64,000 nt of DNA from Octopus sinensis (taxonomy: Eukaryota), in assembly GCF_006345805.1 (NCBI RefSeq), contig NC_043008.1:62496001-62560000 (forward strand). Direction: 5' to 3'. Below the pieces are notes generated by a model. That model had not been told where the DNA came from. It saw only the letters and a program-made list of their open reading frames with translations, and made no database searches. Numbering within the stretch: position 1 is the first letter of the stretch; every line of letters begins with the position of its first letter. The position numbers and the translations under genes are program-made. Shown one piece after another: positions 24,473-36,910 of the stretch.

Positions 24473-24890
24473 CAGGAGTGGCTGTGTGGTAAGTAGCTTG
24501 CTTATCAACCACATGACTCTGGGTTCAGTCCCACTGCATGGAACTTGGCCAAGTGTCTTCTACTATAGCCTCGGGCTGGCCAAAGCCTTGTGAGTGGATT
24601 TGGTAGATGGAAACTGAAAGAAGCCTGTTGTATATATGTTTATATATATATATATATGTATGTATGTGTGTGTGTATATGTTTGTATGACTGTGTTTGTT
24701 CCCCCAACATCGCTTGACAACCGATGCTGGTGTGTTTGCATCCTGATAACTTAGCAGTTCAGCAAAAGAGACCGATAGAATAAGTACTAGGCTTACAAAG
24801 AATAAGTTCTGGGGTTGATTTGTTCAACTAAAGGTGGTACTCCAGCATGGCCACAGTAAAATGACTGACTGAAACAAGGAAAGAGTACTA
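24473..24890 (+). mobile_element. SINE family B, full length
   Basis: Head caggagtggctgtgtggtaagtagc through tail gactgaaacaaggaaagagta. Confidence 0.85.
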
Positions 24891-25019
24891 AATCTAATCT
24901 GATAAAATGGCTCTTTTATTCAATTAAACACATGAAGAACTTTATTGTACTATAATTCTAAATTTAAATTAAAATATTTGTTTTTTCTGCAATGATAAAA
25001 AAAGGAGATTCCAAATATC

Positions 25020-26566
25020 CAAGCTAGACACCGTTTTCTTCATCAGCATGCTTTGACCTCAAAAATATTGGCGCCACATGTAGAGAAAAGTTCTTCATAC
25101 TTGTGTGAAGATCAAATGAATTAGGAGTGGTGCTTTGAACCACCATGTCTTCAAATCATTTTGAGAAGATCTGGAATGGAAGCATTAGGTTTTGCTTTTC
25201 TTTACCAAAGTATTTTTTTATTGTTATTAGAAAAATATTGACATACTTCTTTTAACTATGAAAAGAAATTAAATTTTTGTGGAGTATTGAAATTACAGAA
25301 ATTCACTCAAATGCAAGCTTTTGAGACAGATATTTTTAATTTTATAAATAACTATAGTCTTCCAGCAGAAGGAAAAAGTATAAACATATTTAAGGCTTGT
25401 GAAATGCATCAAAGTCTTATGAAATGTATTGAAGGTTAGTGAAATACATGGAATGATTGTGAAATACATTGAAAATGTAACAACTGATGGGGAGACTCGA
25501 TTTCATTAACTTTCTCTTCACATGGGGGTGATAAAGGGGATGAGGATGAGAATGAATGGATTGAGCTGAGACAAGGTAGATATAAGAGGATTCTTTAGTC
25601 TTGCTGAGAACATGACAACCACTCTAGTGCTGGTGTTCTTATAAAATGAATCTTGTAGGAAAGTCATCTGGCCTGAGAAAACCTGGTAAAATCGAGGACT
25701 TACAATCAAGACATTTTCTTTTTACCCATGTAATAAGGCTGTATTTCGTAATAAAACGCCCAAACCATGGTGCTTAATCCTACTTATGTCAGCAAAGATA
25801 AAAGAATAGTGATTACAATAATGGAGATAATGATGATGAGAAGGAATGGATCTGGATCCATAAATTCTTATAGTACATGAAAGAACTGTATTTTACATGG
25901 AAATTATTTCAAAGATACTTTGCTACCGGAGGCATGTAGATTTCAGAAAAATTGATCATAAATCCATATACAATTTCCTACAATTTAAAGAAAAAGTCAG
26001 GAGATGGTGAGCTGAAAGGTCATGTCAAGCTCTTGAATCGTAATTCAAAAGCAAGATTAAGAGAAAGTTTGTTGTTCAACACTACATGTGTTCCCAAGAT
26101 TTGCTGAAAATGCACTCTGTGTCTTCATTCTATTTGCAGTGATATATTTGTATATGAATTCGGTTTTCTTTTTGTCGATCAAGTCAAAACTGTAGGAACT
26201 GCCTGAATCCATTGGCAAACTTGTATATTTCAATCAGCAAAAAAGTTCCGCGTTTTAATAAAGTTATGAATGAGAAACAGAAAAAAAAGAAGTCATTTCG
26301 TTCACAATTGTGATTGTTGCTACTATTTACATATTTCTGATTTCTCAGTTTATATTTCATTTCATGCACTGAGTCGAATGCTTATTTTTTTACTTCAGTT
26401 TGTTCATCCAAGTAACTGTATGTGGTTCAATTTTAAGAAAAAAAGCTTAGTTATCAGGAAATTAACTATTTCATCTTCAAATGTAATATTACTTTTGTAG
26501 GAGCTGTGAAAATTAATCAAATATTTCCTTGGGGGTGTGGGGCATACAAAAATTTGGAAACCACTA
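25020..26566 (+). mobile_element. hAT transposon fossil (Buster/Charlie-like transposase, interrupted at about 25500-25860) with right terminus
   Basis: HRFLHQHALTSK (hAT CxxH region), IRSGALNHHVFKSF..VLLFFTKV, and C-terminal PRFAENAL...IKSK.RNCLNP...SKKVPRFNKVMNEKQ (dimerisation domain); end aaatttggaaaccacta resembles a Charlie-type TIR. Confidence 0.7.
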
Positions 26567-26574
26567 GTTTAGAG

Positions 26575-27330
26575 AATTGTAAATGGAAGATTGAAAAGAA
26601 CCCCAGTTCAATGGCAATCAGAAAATGTATCAGAAAATACAATTTCAGCTTGAAGAAGTTTTGCCATGTTATGGTGTGAACAAATGTGCAGTGATAGCTT
26701 ATATTAAATGTATAATGGTGAAAGCAATAGGATTGATGTTACTTGCATAAAAAAATAAAATCAATTGATATTATAAAAAAAACAATGCAAATATTTTTAC
26801 AGAGAAGAAGGTAAACAATACTTGAGCAAAAACAAATAATCGCAAATATTTTTAATGAAATCGAAGTTCAAATATAAAGTCTGATGAAACTATTAAAGCT
26901 GTAATAAACTATTAAAAGAAACTACAATGGAAAAGTGATAAACTGTGAAGTTATACGTTTGACTAGATATATGAAGAAAATAACATATTTAAGTGTGGAG
27001 AATTCAGCCATTAACAAAATTCTTAGAATTAATCTCTTTCTTGGCAGACAATAATTGATGAAATGTTGTTTATAAGGTAGAAAGCTACTGACAGAGGTAC
27101 TAAGAGAATGAATGATGTGTGAGAAAGAAACAAAAGTTAGATAGGAAAGTTTCTTGGCAATGGACAGGTGGGAATCAATAAATGCTGATGTGAAAGTATG
27201 GCCAGGAAAGTATGATATTCTGTTGAATGAAGAATAAAAGAGTCGATTCTCTGTGATCGCACTATCGTTTCTGAACATGGGAAGATAACTAGAATTGGTA
27301 TCTACTCTCTAAACCCAGGAAATATAACAA
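26575..27330 (+). mobile_element. Decayed L1/Tx1-like APE endonuclease remnant
   Basis: Frameshifted translation NGESNRIDV..KK...EEGK, IFKCGEFSH (GDFN-like), MNDV*ERN and TIVSEH (SDH-like), in the expected order. Confidence 0.45.
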
Positions 27331-28314
27331 AACAAATTTCTCAAATAAAAAGCAGTTGAATAAAAAAATATTTTACAGAAACAACCAAAAATTTTGGATA
27401 TCTGGAATTGTTAATCTGTGTATCTAATATCAATATTACATCATCACTGTTACTGTTTGCTGAATGAGAATTGTACCTCCCCATTCGAGATCTATCATTA
27501 TCACTTGCCACAAAATCTTTCATCTTGAACTGACTTCAAGTCTTCCTCTGAATATGTTTGATCGAATTCTCATTGGTCTATATCGGAATCTGAAATTTGC
27601 AATGCATTTTCTTTTGCAGACTTTGTACATATTTGTCTTTCCTCCATAGATGTGTCTGGATGGGATGAGCTTCATGAACAAAAATGCTGCAAGATCTACT
27701 CAAAACAACACTTAAAATAAGGCAATCCTTGAGTAGGCAGACATTCGTAAACAATCTACTTCTGCACTGATACCCTATCTTTATTCTGATTGGTTGATCT
27801 AATGTTATTGTTAAATTTGGAAAAGGTCATTTAAAAAATAAATGACCATCCCCAAATCTGTTTCAATACAGAATTTTACATCATGAATCTTGCAGAACAA
27901 ATACATACATGTAAAGATGTAATGTTAGTTTACCAATTCTAACTGACTCATCTGAGTATCATGTTTGAAATCCAGAATAATACAGATTAAACAATACAGA
28001 TTAAATACTAAAACCATGATGTTTCATCCCACTTATGCCAGCATAGAAAGCAAAGATAAAAGGATAGTGATTACGATAATGAAGATAATGATGAAAGTGA
28101 TGATGGTTATAATGACAATCATGATGATGATAAAGTGGGTGGGGCGAATTTCAAAAGTTAATTAACTCATAATTTTCTATTATTAGCATGCCACAAATAG
28201 TACAAAAAAGAGTGCAGAAAACATTTTTAAATTGTTGAATTAACATTTGTCTTATGTCGGCAATTGATGGTTAAATTATTTCTCAATGGTCTTGGTGTTA
28301 TATTCTTTACAGGC

Positions 28315-28930
28315 CTGCCGATAGATGTATGCAGCTACCTTGTTGTGATATTGGCTGTATTCTGTTTCAGCAAGTTCTGAGCAACCAGAGACAAGGGAGT
28401 CAATTGTTTCTTCAAACTTGTTATATAACCTGCATTAGGAGGCAGTGCCCTTTCTGTATTATTCTCTGTCAGCAGGACTTTGTTGGAAGGTTCTGGCCTA
28501 GTGTGGCTATGATGAGACCTTTTGTCCTGTCTCTGTCCTGTGATGGTCTGTCAGAGTCCTTTATTCTTTTTGCATATTTTCTGTGCATTCCCTTTTCCCA
28601 TCATTTTGCTCTTAGCTCTTTTTATTCTCAACTTTTGATTGTGACTTTACTCTTTGGGCATAGCTGGTGGTTGTCTCAAGTCCAACTGTTAGTAGTTCTA
28701 GAATCTCCAGTTTTCCATTATTCTTTTAAGGCTTTTCTTATACAGTAGATGTTTTTCCCTCCATCAAGACAAGATCTTTGACTTATTTGTACCCTTTTCA
28801 TTTGCCCATCTAAAACTCAAGCATTCCTTGCTCTGAGGGGAACTTCCTTTGTTATGTTGTGCTCTTTCCAATGTGTCTATAGAATTAATTTCTTTGGTTT
28901 ATTTTCCAACGAGCAATTATCTTTGAACAA
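28315..28930 (-). mobile_element. R4/Dong-like non-LTR retrotransposon fragment (zinc-knuckle region)
   Basis: Minus translation WEKGMHRKYAKR...GLIIATLGQNLPT...CRLYNKFEETIDSLVSGCSELAETEYSQYHNKVAAYI. Confidence 0.75.
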
Positions 28931-29196
28931 ATCATATCAGCTTTTAGAAATATTATATGCATGCAGCTTCTGTGGGTAGTTTTTGCTTTATCTTTTCTAT
29001 TTCTTCAACGAATTGGGACTTAGATTTTAATTCAAATTTTTTTATCATTTTATTATATTTTATTATATTTTTTAATATTTTATTGTTGTTACCATCATCA
29101 TAATCATCACCATAGTCAGCATTAGTGTCATTGTTGCCATCAGCATAGTCATTGCTGTCACTGCTACTGCTGCCACCACCACCACCATCCACCACT

Positions 29197-29227
<31 letters not shown>

Positions 29228-29234
29228 AGATGCC

Positions 29235-29560
29235 AGGCTACCAAGTGTTAGCTAACCTGTTAAGCCAAAACCAGATATGAGAATAGAATAGAGAACAGAA
29301 ATAAAAGTAAAAAATGATAGGCTTTGCGGAGGTTATCACACAAATGGAGGAAATTGAGAAATCACTAGCTAGAAAGCTGAAGAGATTGTGGAAGACAACC
29401 ATGACAAATGTTCCTGCGATAATTGTTGCACCCAGCACAAGACACAAAGTTCTAAGGGGGCAGAAAGAGATTGGAATTGAGATACATATTGTTGACCAGC
29501 AGAAAATTGCTAGGATCTATTCAACAAGAATCTTAAAAAATGGATTCTTGAGATCTGAGG
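29235..29560 (+). mobile_element. R4/Dong-like C-terminal (RLE) fragment
   Basis: LARKLKRLWKTTMTNVPAIIVA...KEIGIEIHIVDQQKIARIYSTRILK within ORF 29314..29883. Confidence 0.65.
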
Positions 29561-29629
29561 AAATTTGTTGTTGCCAAATCCCAGGAGAGAATCCATTCAA
29601 AAATCAGTTAACATGCAATGCCTTTTGTG

Positions 29630-30000
29630 CAATGATGATGGTGGTGGTGGTGGTGGTGGTGGTGGTGGTGACGGTGGTGATGATGGTGATGGTAGTGATG
29701 ATGGTGGTGGTGATGGTGGTGATGATGATGATAATGATGATGATGATGGTGATGATGATGATTATTGTGGTGGTGGTGGTGGTGGTGGTGGTGGTGATGA
29801 TGATGATGATGACAAGGAGGATGATGATGGTGGTGATGATAATGATGGTGATGATGGTGATGATGGTGATGATGATGATGTGATGATGATGGTGATGATG
29901 ATGGTGATGATGATGATGGTGATGAGGATGGTGATGAGGATGATGATGGTGATGATGATGATGTTGGTGATGATGATGATGATGATGATGATGGCGACGG

Positions 30001-30055
<55 letters not shown>

Positions 30056-30845
30056 ATGCATACGTTATCATCCTTTGGAATTTCTGTGTTCAGACTGATT
30101 GGAAAATACAGGGAAAACGACCAGATCTCTTTGTGAAAAAAACATATTGAAAAACACTTAACCTTCTGATTGATGCTGCAGCCCCAGTTGACAAAACCAC
30201 ATTTCTGAAAATGTTTGGAAAAGTTAGAAAATCTTGCATCATTTCTCTAAAGCCTTCATGTGCTTGTGCCATGCAAAAAGCACTCAGTCTACTCTGCTGG
30301 TTGGTGATAGGAAGGGCACCCAGCTATAAAACCCTTGCCAAAACAGACACAGAAGTCTGGTGCAGTCTTCTGCTTGACGAACGCTTGTCAACTCGTCCAA
30401 CCCATGCCAGCACGGAAGGCAGACGTTAAACAATGACAAAGATGATGATGATGATGGAGTGCTCCCCTCTTTATCCATACAACAACAACAAGAATGATGA
30501 CAACGATGGTAGAGATGGTGGCGGTAGTGGCAGTGGTGGTGGTGTGGTGGTGGTGGTATGGGTGGTGGTGGTGGTGGTGGTGGTGGTGGTAGTGGCGGTG
30601 GTGGTGGTGGTGGTATGGGTGGTGGTGGTGGTGGTGGTGGTATGGGTGGTGGTGGTGGTGGTGGTGGTAGTGGCGGTGGTTGTAGGGGTGGTGGTGGTTG
30701 TGGTGGCGGTGGCAGTGGTGGTGGTGGCGGTGGCGGCGGTGGTGGTGGTGACAATGATAATAATTATGATGATGACGATGATGATAATTGTGATGGGGAC
30801 AAGGGTGATAATGATGATGATGATGATGATGATGATGATAAATTA
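29630..30845. repeat. Two compound (GAT)n/(GGT)n arrays (29630-30055 and 30430-30845) flanking a (GAT)n-tailed element (30285-30460)
   Basis: Direct reading; source of the poly-His, Gly, Pro, Val and Met ORFs. Confidence 0.9.
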
Positions 30846-31279
30846 ATACAGCAATATCCCAAATTTTGAAATTGGAATTTTTTTTTTCTTTTACAATGGA
30901 AGAACTTTAAATTGTATGATGTCATCTGGCGACCGAGTCTCGGAAGCAACAGTGAAATACAATTTCTTATCTGATTCAGATGAAAAGCATCTTTCCTTGA
31001 TTTTGCTGAAGATAGATTTGTGGAAATATTCACTTCACACACACACACAGATAAATATGTGCACACATATATGCACACGCATGAATATATACTCATGAAC
31101 AAACATCCACACAGACAAATACATGATTACACACACACCATGCACATACAAATTATATGAATGCATGTGCTTTCTTATATGTATTTATGTACATGTGTGT
31201 ATAAATGAATGAACGATTTGATAAATACATAAATATATAAAGGAACACAAATACATCAGGATGTAAATACGTGTTCATT

Positions 31280-31318
<39 letters not shown>

Positions 31319-31849
31319 CAATAAATGCATTTACACATAGGCATACGCAATCACATATAAACACCATGAAATCTATGAGTGAAGATTCATCATAAGAATG
31401 GAATGAAACAGGAAGGATATAATCCAAAATGAAAAAAGATCGAAACTAAAAATTAAAAAAAAAAAGACGAAAGAAGCTTCATCTCTAATTAAGTTTTCCG
31501 TATAACATATTTCGGTATTCTGTTTTTGGAGATAACATACGGTGAAAATATATTCCTAAATTCTTAGCACCTGCAATGAAATCAATCATTTGCAATACTC
31601 TTCTCTTTGGGAAAATATAAGGGCTTTGTGTATAGATAGTGTAAGATTTTTAAATAGCATGCTTGTACATTTTTTTATCTTGTCAGATGAAATGGTTTAG
31701 TGTACTTAAAACAAGGATGTCTATAAAATTTCCACGTCTCTCGTTTGAACTAAGAAATAATGAACAAGAGGTATTTTGAACATTTTGAAGGAAAAATATT
31801 CAACCTAACACAACGAACTTATATGGCTTAGTCATAATGGTTAAATCTT

Positions 31850-32230
31850 TTATATTCTATCATTTACTTGTTTCAGTGACTAGATGGTGGCAATGCTGGG
31901 GCACCAATTTGAAGAATTTTAGCCAAATGAATCGACCCCAAAATTTATCTTTCTTCTAAATCTGGTGTTTATTCTATTAGTCTCTTTTGCTGAACTGCTA
32001 AATCATGGGGGCATAATTTCGCTAAGGCTTTTTGTCAAACAGTAGTGGAGGACAAACATAGACACAAAGGCACACACACACACCAACAACCTTCTTTCAG
32101 GTTTTGTCTACCAAATCCACTGACAAGGCTTTAGTCAGTATGAGGTTATAGTAGAAGATACTTGCCCAATGTGTCACCCCATAGGATTGAACCCAGAACC
32201 ATGGAAAGCAAAATTATTACTACACTGGCA
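31850..32230 (-). mobile_element. Diverged SINE family B
   Basis: Reverse complement of the family B tail, body and partial head. Confidence 0.7.
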
Positions 32231-32399
32231 TGCCTGTTCTTTAAAAAGCTTGTTTTCTTTTTTAGCCATTAATACGTAAGTGGAAATACTAATTCAAAAC
32301 AGACTTGTTGGTATTGCTTAACCACAGGTCAACAGTGGTCCCAAAGTTTGATCAAAAATAGTAAAACAAAATACAAACCGGATTTGTTGTCATCTGGAA

Positions 32400-33056
32400 C
32401 ACCAAGGATCATATAGTTGAAAGATGAACCAGATTCGATATGAAAAATTAGCTACTGGTTTAAATCTTCCTAAAATACAGGAGCTGGAATTACTCCACAA
32501 CTGGAATATTCCAACAGATGGCCATCCATGCACTTCATCAAATAACCAAGAGAAAAAGAATGGAAAATGGTCTAGGGGAGATAATAAAGAAGTTCTTAAG
32601 GACTTCTAGCATGCCATATATCCCCCCCCCCCAAAAAAAATAAATCTACTACTGTACAAACCTACTTAAACTGGAAGCAGAAACACCTTAAAGTAAGACA
32701 TAGAGAGTAACAACCTTGCCAACGTCAGAAGTAACATTATGAAAGAGAATTTACTAACTGAATTAGAGACTGACCAAATTAAACAATCACTAAGAGATAA
32801 AAGGAACGAAGTTGCAGCTAAAGAGGATACTACAGAGGAAATAATTATAGACCAGCCCAGGTCTGACGAAAATGCAATAATGATTGAAAGACTATCTGTA
32901 ACTGATATGCAAAGTGAAATACTCTCTGAACCAACCATAAACACTAAGGCAGATGAATATCAAATACATGAAGAAAGTCACACAGAAATTGACCTTAAAT
33001 ATGACAAGACTATCAAACCAACAAACAACCGAAAATTATTCTTTCAAGGTCAATAA
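32400..33056 (+). mobile_element. R4/Dong-like retrotransposon ORF N-terminal fragment
   Basis: KWSRGDNKEVLKDF and DIESNNLANVRSNIMKENLLTELETDQIK resemble the N-terminal WTxEEN...LANxRRxI...L segment of R4-clade ORFs. Confidence 0.55.
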
Positions 33057-33154
33057 AGTAAGTACTGTTTGAACACTGGGGTTGATGCAATTGACTTGTC
33101 CCACTCTCGAAATTGCTGGCCTTGTGCTAAAATTTGAAACCAATATTGGTGGTG

Positions 33155-33490
33155 TGTACAGTGTCACATTACTCATGTGGTGTCAAATTAAAGTACTTGT
33201 GCAGTGCTACATTAAAGCGCCCAAGTGGAACCATGTAAAAGCACATGTGTGGTGCCACATTAAAGTGTCCATGTGACGCCATGTAAAAGTACCCATTTGG
33301 TGTCAAATTAAAGTCCCCATGTGGCTTTACATAAAAGTGTCCGTGAGGTTCTACATTAAAGTGTGCATGTGGCACCACATAAATGCACCTGTGTGGTGCC
33401 TCATAAAAGCACCTGTGCAGTGCTACATAAAAACGCTCATGTGGCAGCACATAAAAGCACCCCTGCAGTGCCATGTAAAAGCATCCAGCA
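33155..33490 (+). repeat. 24-bp-period minisatellite (~14 diverged units) running into a (GAT)n-tailed element (33480-33690)
   Basis: Consensus approximately gtggtgccacataaaagcacccat; taaa anchors fall every 24 bp. Confidence 0.9.
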
Positions 33491-34342
33491 CACTCTGTTA
33501 AGTGGTTGATGTATAGAAGGACATCCAGCTGTAGAAACCATACCAAATCAGACTGGAGTCTGGTTCAACTCCCCAGCTTGCCAGCTCTGGTCAACCATCC
33601 AACCCATGCCAGCTTGGACAATGGACATTAAATGACGACGACGATGATGATGATGATGATAATGAGGATGATGATGATGACGATGATGTGTCCCTGCAAT
33701 TTTCTTGACTAGTTGGGTTTTTGTACTATTACGGGAGTAGTATTTTGTCATAATCTGATCTGTTTGCACATGGCAGAAATATTCCACAGAGACTGACCTA
33801 CAGAGTTCAACAAGCATTGTAGCCATAATCATCCTGTTTCTCCTCTTCTTTTCCTTTCTTCTTCTTCTTCGTTGTTAAAATTGTTGGTAGAACGATAAAG
33901 CTGACAAGTGATTTGTAGATTTGCAGTGTCAATGTTAATCCTACTCATAAGAAAGATTCTATATCTTATGCAGAAGCATATTTGCTTCTCATCTACCTAA
34001 AATTTAAGCACATTAATAAAAATGAAGCAATTTATGCTCTTCTCTTTTATCTTCCATCAAGAAAAAGCAAAAACTTAAAACTAGAAAAAAAAAAGGAAAG
34101 TGATTCTCTCCACTGAAGTACATAAATTCTCTCCCATCTCTCTCCCTCTCCCTCTCCCTCTCCCCCTCTCTCCCTCTCCCCCTCTCTCTCCCTCTCTCCC
34201 TCTTTCTCCCTTTCTCTCTTTCTCCTACTGTCATAATAGCAAGTCCAGCAAGCAACAACTCATGGCAGTACAATACATTAAAGAATTAACCGGAAACATG
34301 TTGCAGGAAACACAAGAAACAACAGCAGCTTACTAATCTATA

Positions 34343-35625
34343 TATTGGGTTGTCCAGAAAGTTCATGCCGATTTATAGTAGCTTACCATTCGACTTATTT
34401 TAGAACATGTTTGAGTCCATAAAATAGGATTTGACTACACCTCCATTTAGAGTGCAGTTTAAGCTATCTTTTTGTGGAAGAAGGTTTATGTTCCTATAAC
34501 CTGTGTTAATTCTGTAACCCTTTAAAATGGTAGATAAGAAAGTTTATTTTCGGCACTTGATGCTTTACTTTTTCTGTAAAAGAAAAAATGCTTCACAAGC
34601 AACCAAAGAAATATGCGCAGTTTACAGGAATGTTTCTTTATTTCGAAAGAACTGTACAGAAGTGGTTGTCAAGGTTCTGAGCTGGAGATTGTAGCCTTAT
34701 TGATAAAGAGTGATCAGCAGACCATCTACTACAGATGATAACCAAATCAAGTCATTAATTGAGAATAACCCACATTGCACAACCCGAGAATTGGCAGAAA
34801 GCCTCAACCTATCAAAATCCGTCGTTCATTAGCACCTGGTAAAGCATGGGTACACAAATCGCTACAATGTTTGGGTACCACATGAGTTGAGTGAGAAGAA
34901 GCTTTTGGATCGCATTTCCATCTGTGATTCACTTTATAAACAGAATGAAAACATGCCTTTTTTAAAGCAAATAGTGACAGGAGCTGAGAAATGGATTACC
35001 TACAGAAAAAGTGATCCTGGAGTAAGTAACATGAACCACCCTTAGCCACCCCAAAAGCGGGTCTTCACCCTAAAAAAAGTCTTGCTTTGTGTCTGGTGGC
35101 ATTGGAAAGGAATTCTGTACTATGAGCTTCTACCAAGTAACCAGATAACTAATTCTGAGAAATACTGCACACAATTGGACAAGTTAAAAGCAGCAATTCA
35201 AGAGAAACGTCCAAAATTGGCCATCAGGAAGGGTGTTGTTTTCCAACATGATAATGCAAAACTGTACGTTTCTTTGGGAACCAGACAAAGATTGCTGCAG
35301 CTCGGCTGGGATGTGTTACCCCACCCTCCATATTCACCAGATATTGCTCTTTCGGATTCCCACTTATTCAGGTCTCTGCAGAATAGTCTTAATGGTAAAA
35401 ATTTCAATTCCTTGGATGACATAGAAAGATACCTACCTTGATAAATTCTTTGCCATGAAACCACCTCAATACTGTGAAGAGGGTATTTTCAAGTTAAAGG
35501 AAAGATAGAGACGCATTGTGCAACAAAATGGTTCATATTTTGTTGATTAAAAATGTAATGGCAAGTATTTATTGATCTTTTCCTTTTCTTTAAAAATCGG
35601 CACAAACTTTCCGGACAACCCAATA
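34343..35625 (+). mobile_element. Full-length mariner (DD34D) transposon with inactivated transposase (34527-35550)
   Basis: 32-bp terminal inverted repeats including TA (3 mismatches); WVPHELSEK, TGAEKW (first D lost), HDNAK and YSPDIALSD motifs; several stops and frameshifts. Confidence 0.95.
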
Positions 35626-35864
35626 CTATAGGAAAACAACAATTGTAAAACTTGATTAGTTCATGAAGAAAAGTGGGGGCTTGGGAAGGGAGGTAATCTG
35701 CGTTTTGATACCTCAATTTTATTTAAGCCTTTTGTTATCATATTATTTTTGAAATACATTATCTTTGTTTTGATAACTAATTGTTTTGATAATTGATTGT
35801 TTTGAAAATAATGCACAAGTTAGAAAATATCTGTGTCATTGTTAAAACTATATTTAAGGTGGAG

Positions 35865-36050
35865 CGCTGGCAGAATTGCTAGCATGCCAAGCAAAATGCT
35901 TAGTGGTATTTCATCTATCTTTATGTTCTGGGTTCAAATTCAACTGAGAACAACTTTGTTTTTCATCTTTTTTGTGGTCGATAAAATAAGTACCAATTAA
36001 ACACTGGAGTTAATGTAATCGACTTACCTTTGGTAAGAATTTCAGCTTAT
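35865..36050 (+). mobile_element. SINE family A, 5' part
   Basis: ggtggagcgctggcagaattgctagc...gggttcaaattcaactgag... Confidence 0.7.
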
Positions 36051-36208
36051 GTGATTCTTACCTGAAGTGGTTCTACCAATCCGTGTAAGCCTTTCTCTTA
36101 TCATCCAAGAGTGTCCATACAGATTGTTGCCACCAAACCAGTCCAAGTGAAGCTTTTCTTTGGCCCTGGAACTGTTTTGGCTGTCTTTGTAATGACTTCT
36201 TTGAACTG

Positions 36209-36633
36209 TACTTTATTTACATTTGACGGATATTTGTCCTCATCTTGTTTGTTGTTAACACAACGTTTCAACTGATATACCCTCCAGCCTTCATCAGATG
36301 TCTTGGGGAAATTTTGAACCTAGGTTCTCATTCCTAAGGTATTTTTCGATGTTACTATTGTTATTATAATTATTATTATTATAATTATTATTATTATAAT
36401 TATTATTATTATTATTATTACCATTCAGGTCACTGCCTGGAATCAAACTCAGAATCTTGGGGTTAGTAGTCCACACTCTTAACCACTACACTATATGCCT
36501 GTGAGCAATTATGGAGTGAATTTTTAGGGCTTATAAATCTAATATTTTCCTATCCTTCCCATGGGCATATGGCATAGTGGTTAAGAGCACGGGTTACTAA
36601 CCCCAAGATTCCAAGTTCAATTCCATGCAGTGA

Positions 36634-36669
<36 letters not shown>

Positions 36670-36910
36670 TGATAATAATAATAATAATAATAATAATAAT
36701 AGTAATAATAATAATAATAATAATAACAACTTCGAAAAATACTTTAGGAATGAGAACTCAAGTTCAAAATTTCCCAAGGCACCTGATGAAGGTTGGAGGG
36801 TATATCAGTCAAAATGTGTTAACAACAAACAAGATGAGGACAAATATCCATCAAATGTAAATATTGTAAATAATGTACATAATTTCTCATCTCTTAAATA
36901 TAGAACAGTG
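36209..36910. mobile_element. Head-to-head dimer of a tRNA-headed SINE with a hammerhead-bearing tail, flanked by a 12-bp TSD
   Basis: ttctttgaactg at 36197-36208 and 36911-36922; left unit on minus (36209-36503), right unit on plus (36560-36910); heads have an A box tggcatagtgg and a B box gttcaattcc. Confidence 0.85.
36257..36302 (-). ncRNA. Minimal type I hammerhead ribozyme motif, core intact
   Basis: GACAU-CUGAUGA-A-GGCUG(GAGGGUAUAU)CAGUU-GAAAC-GUU-GUGUU; palindromic AACGUU stem III; GUU cleavage triplet. Confidence 0.65.

Noticed and set aside
25762-28093. Apparent local ~80-bp duplication (25762-25838 and 28011-28093)
   Set aside because: Both look like old, degenerate 3' ends of the abundant (GAT)n-tailed element.
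29565-30869. Gly-, His- and Pro-rich ORFs resembling structural proteins
   Set aside because: Pure trinucleotide arrays open on both strands, with no unique coding sequence.
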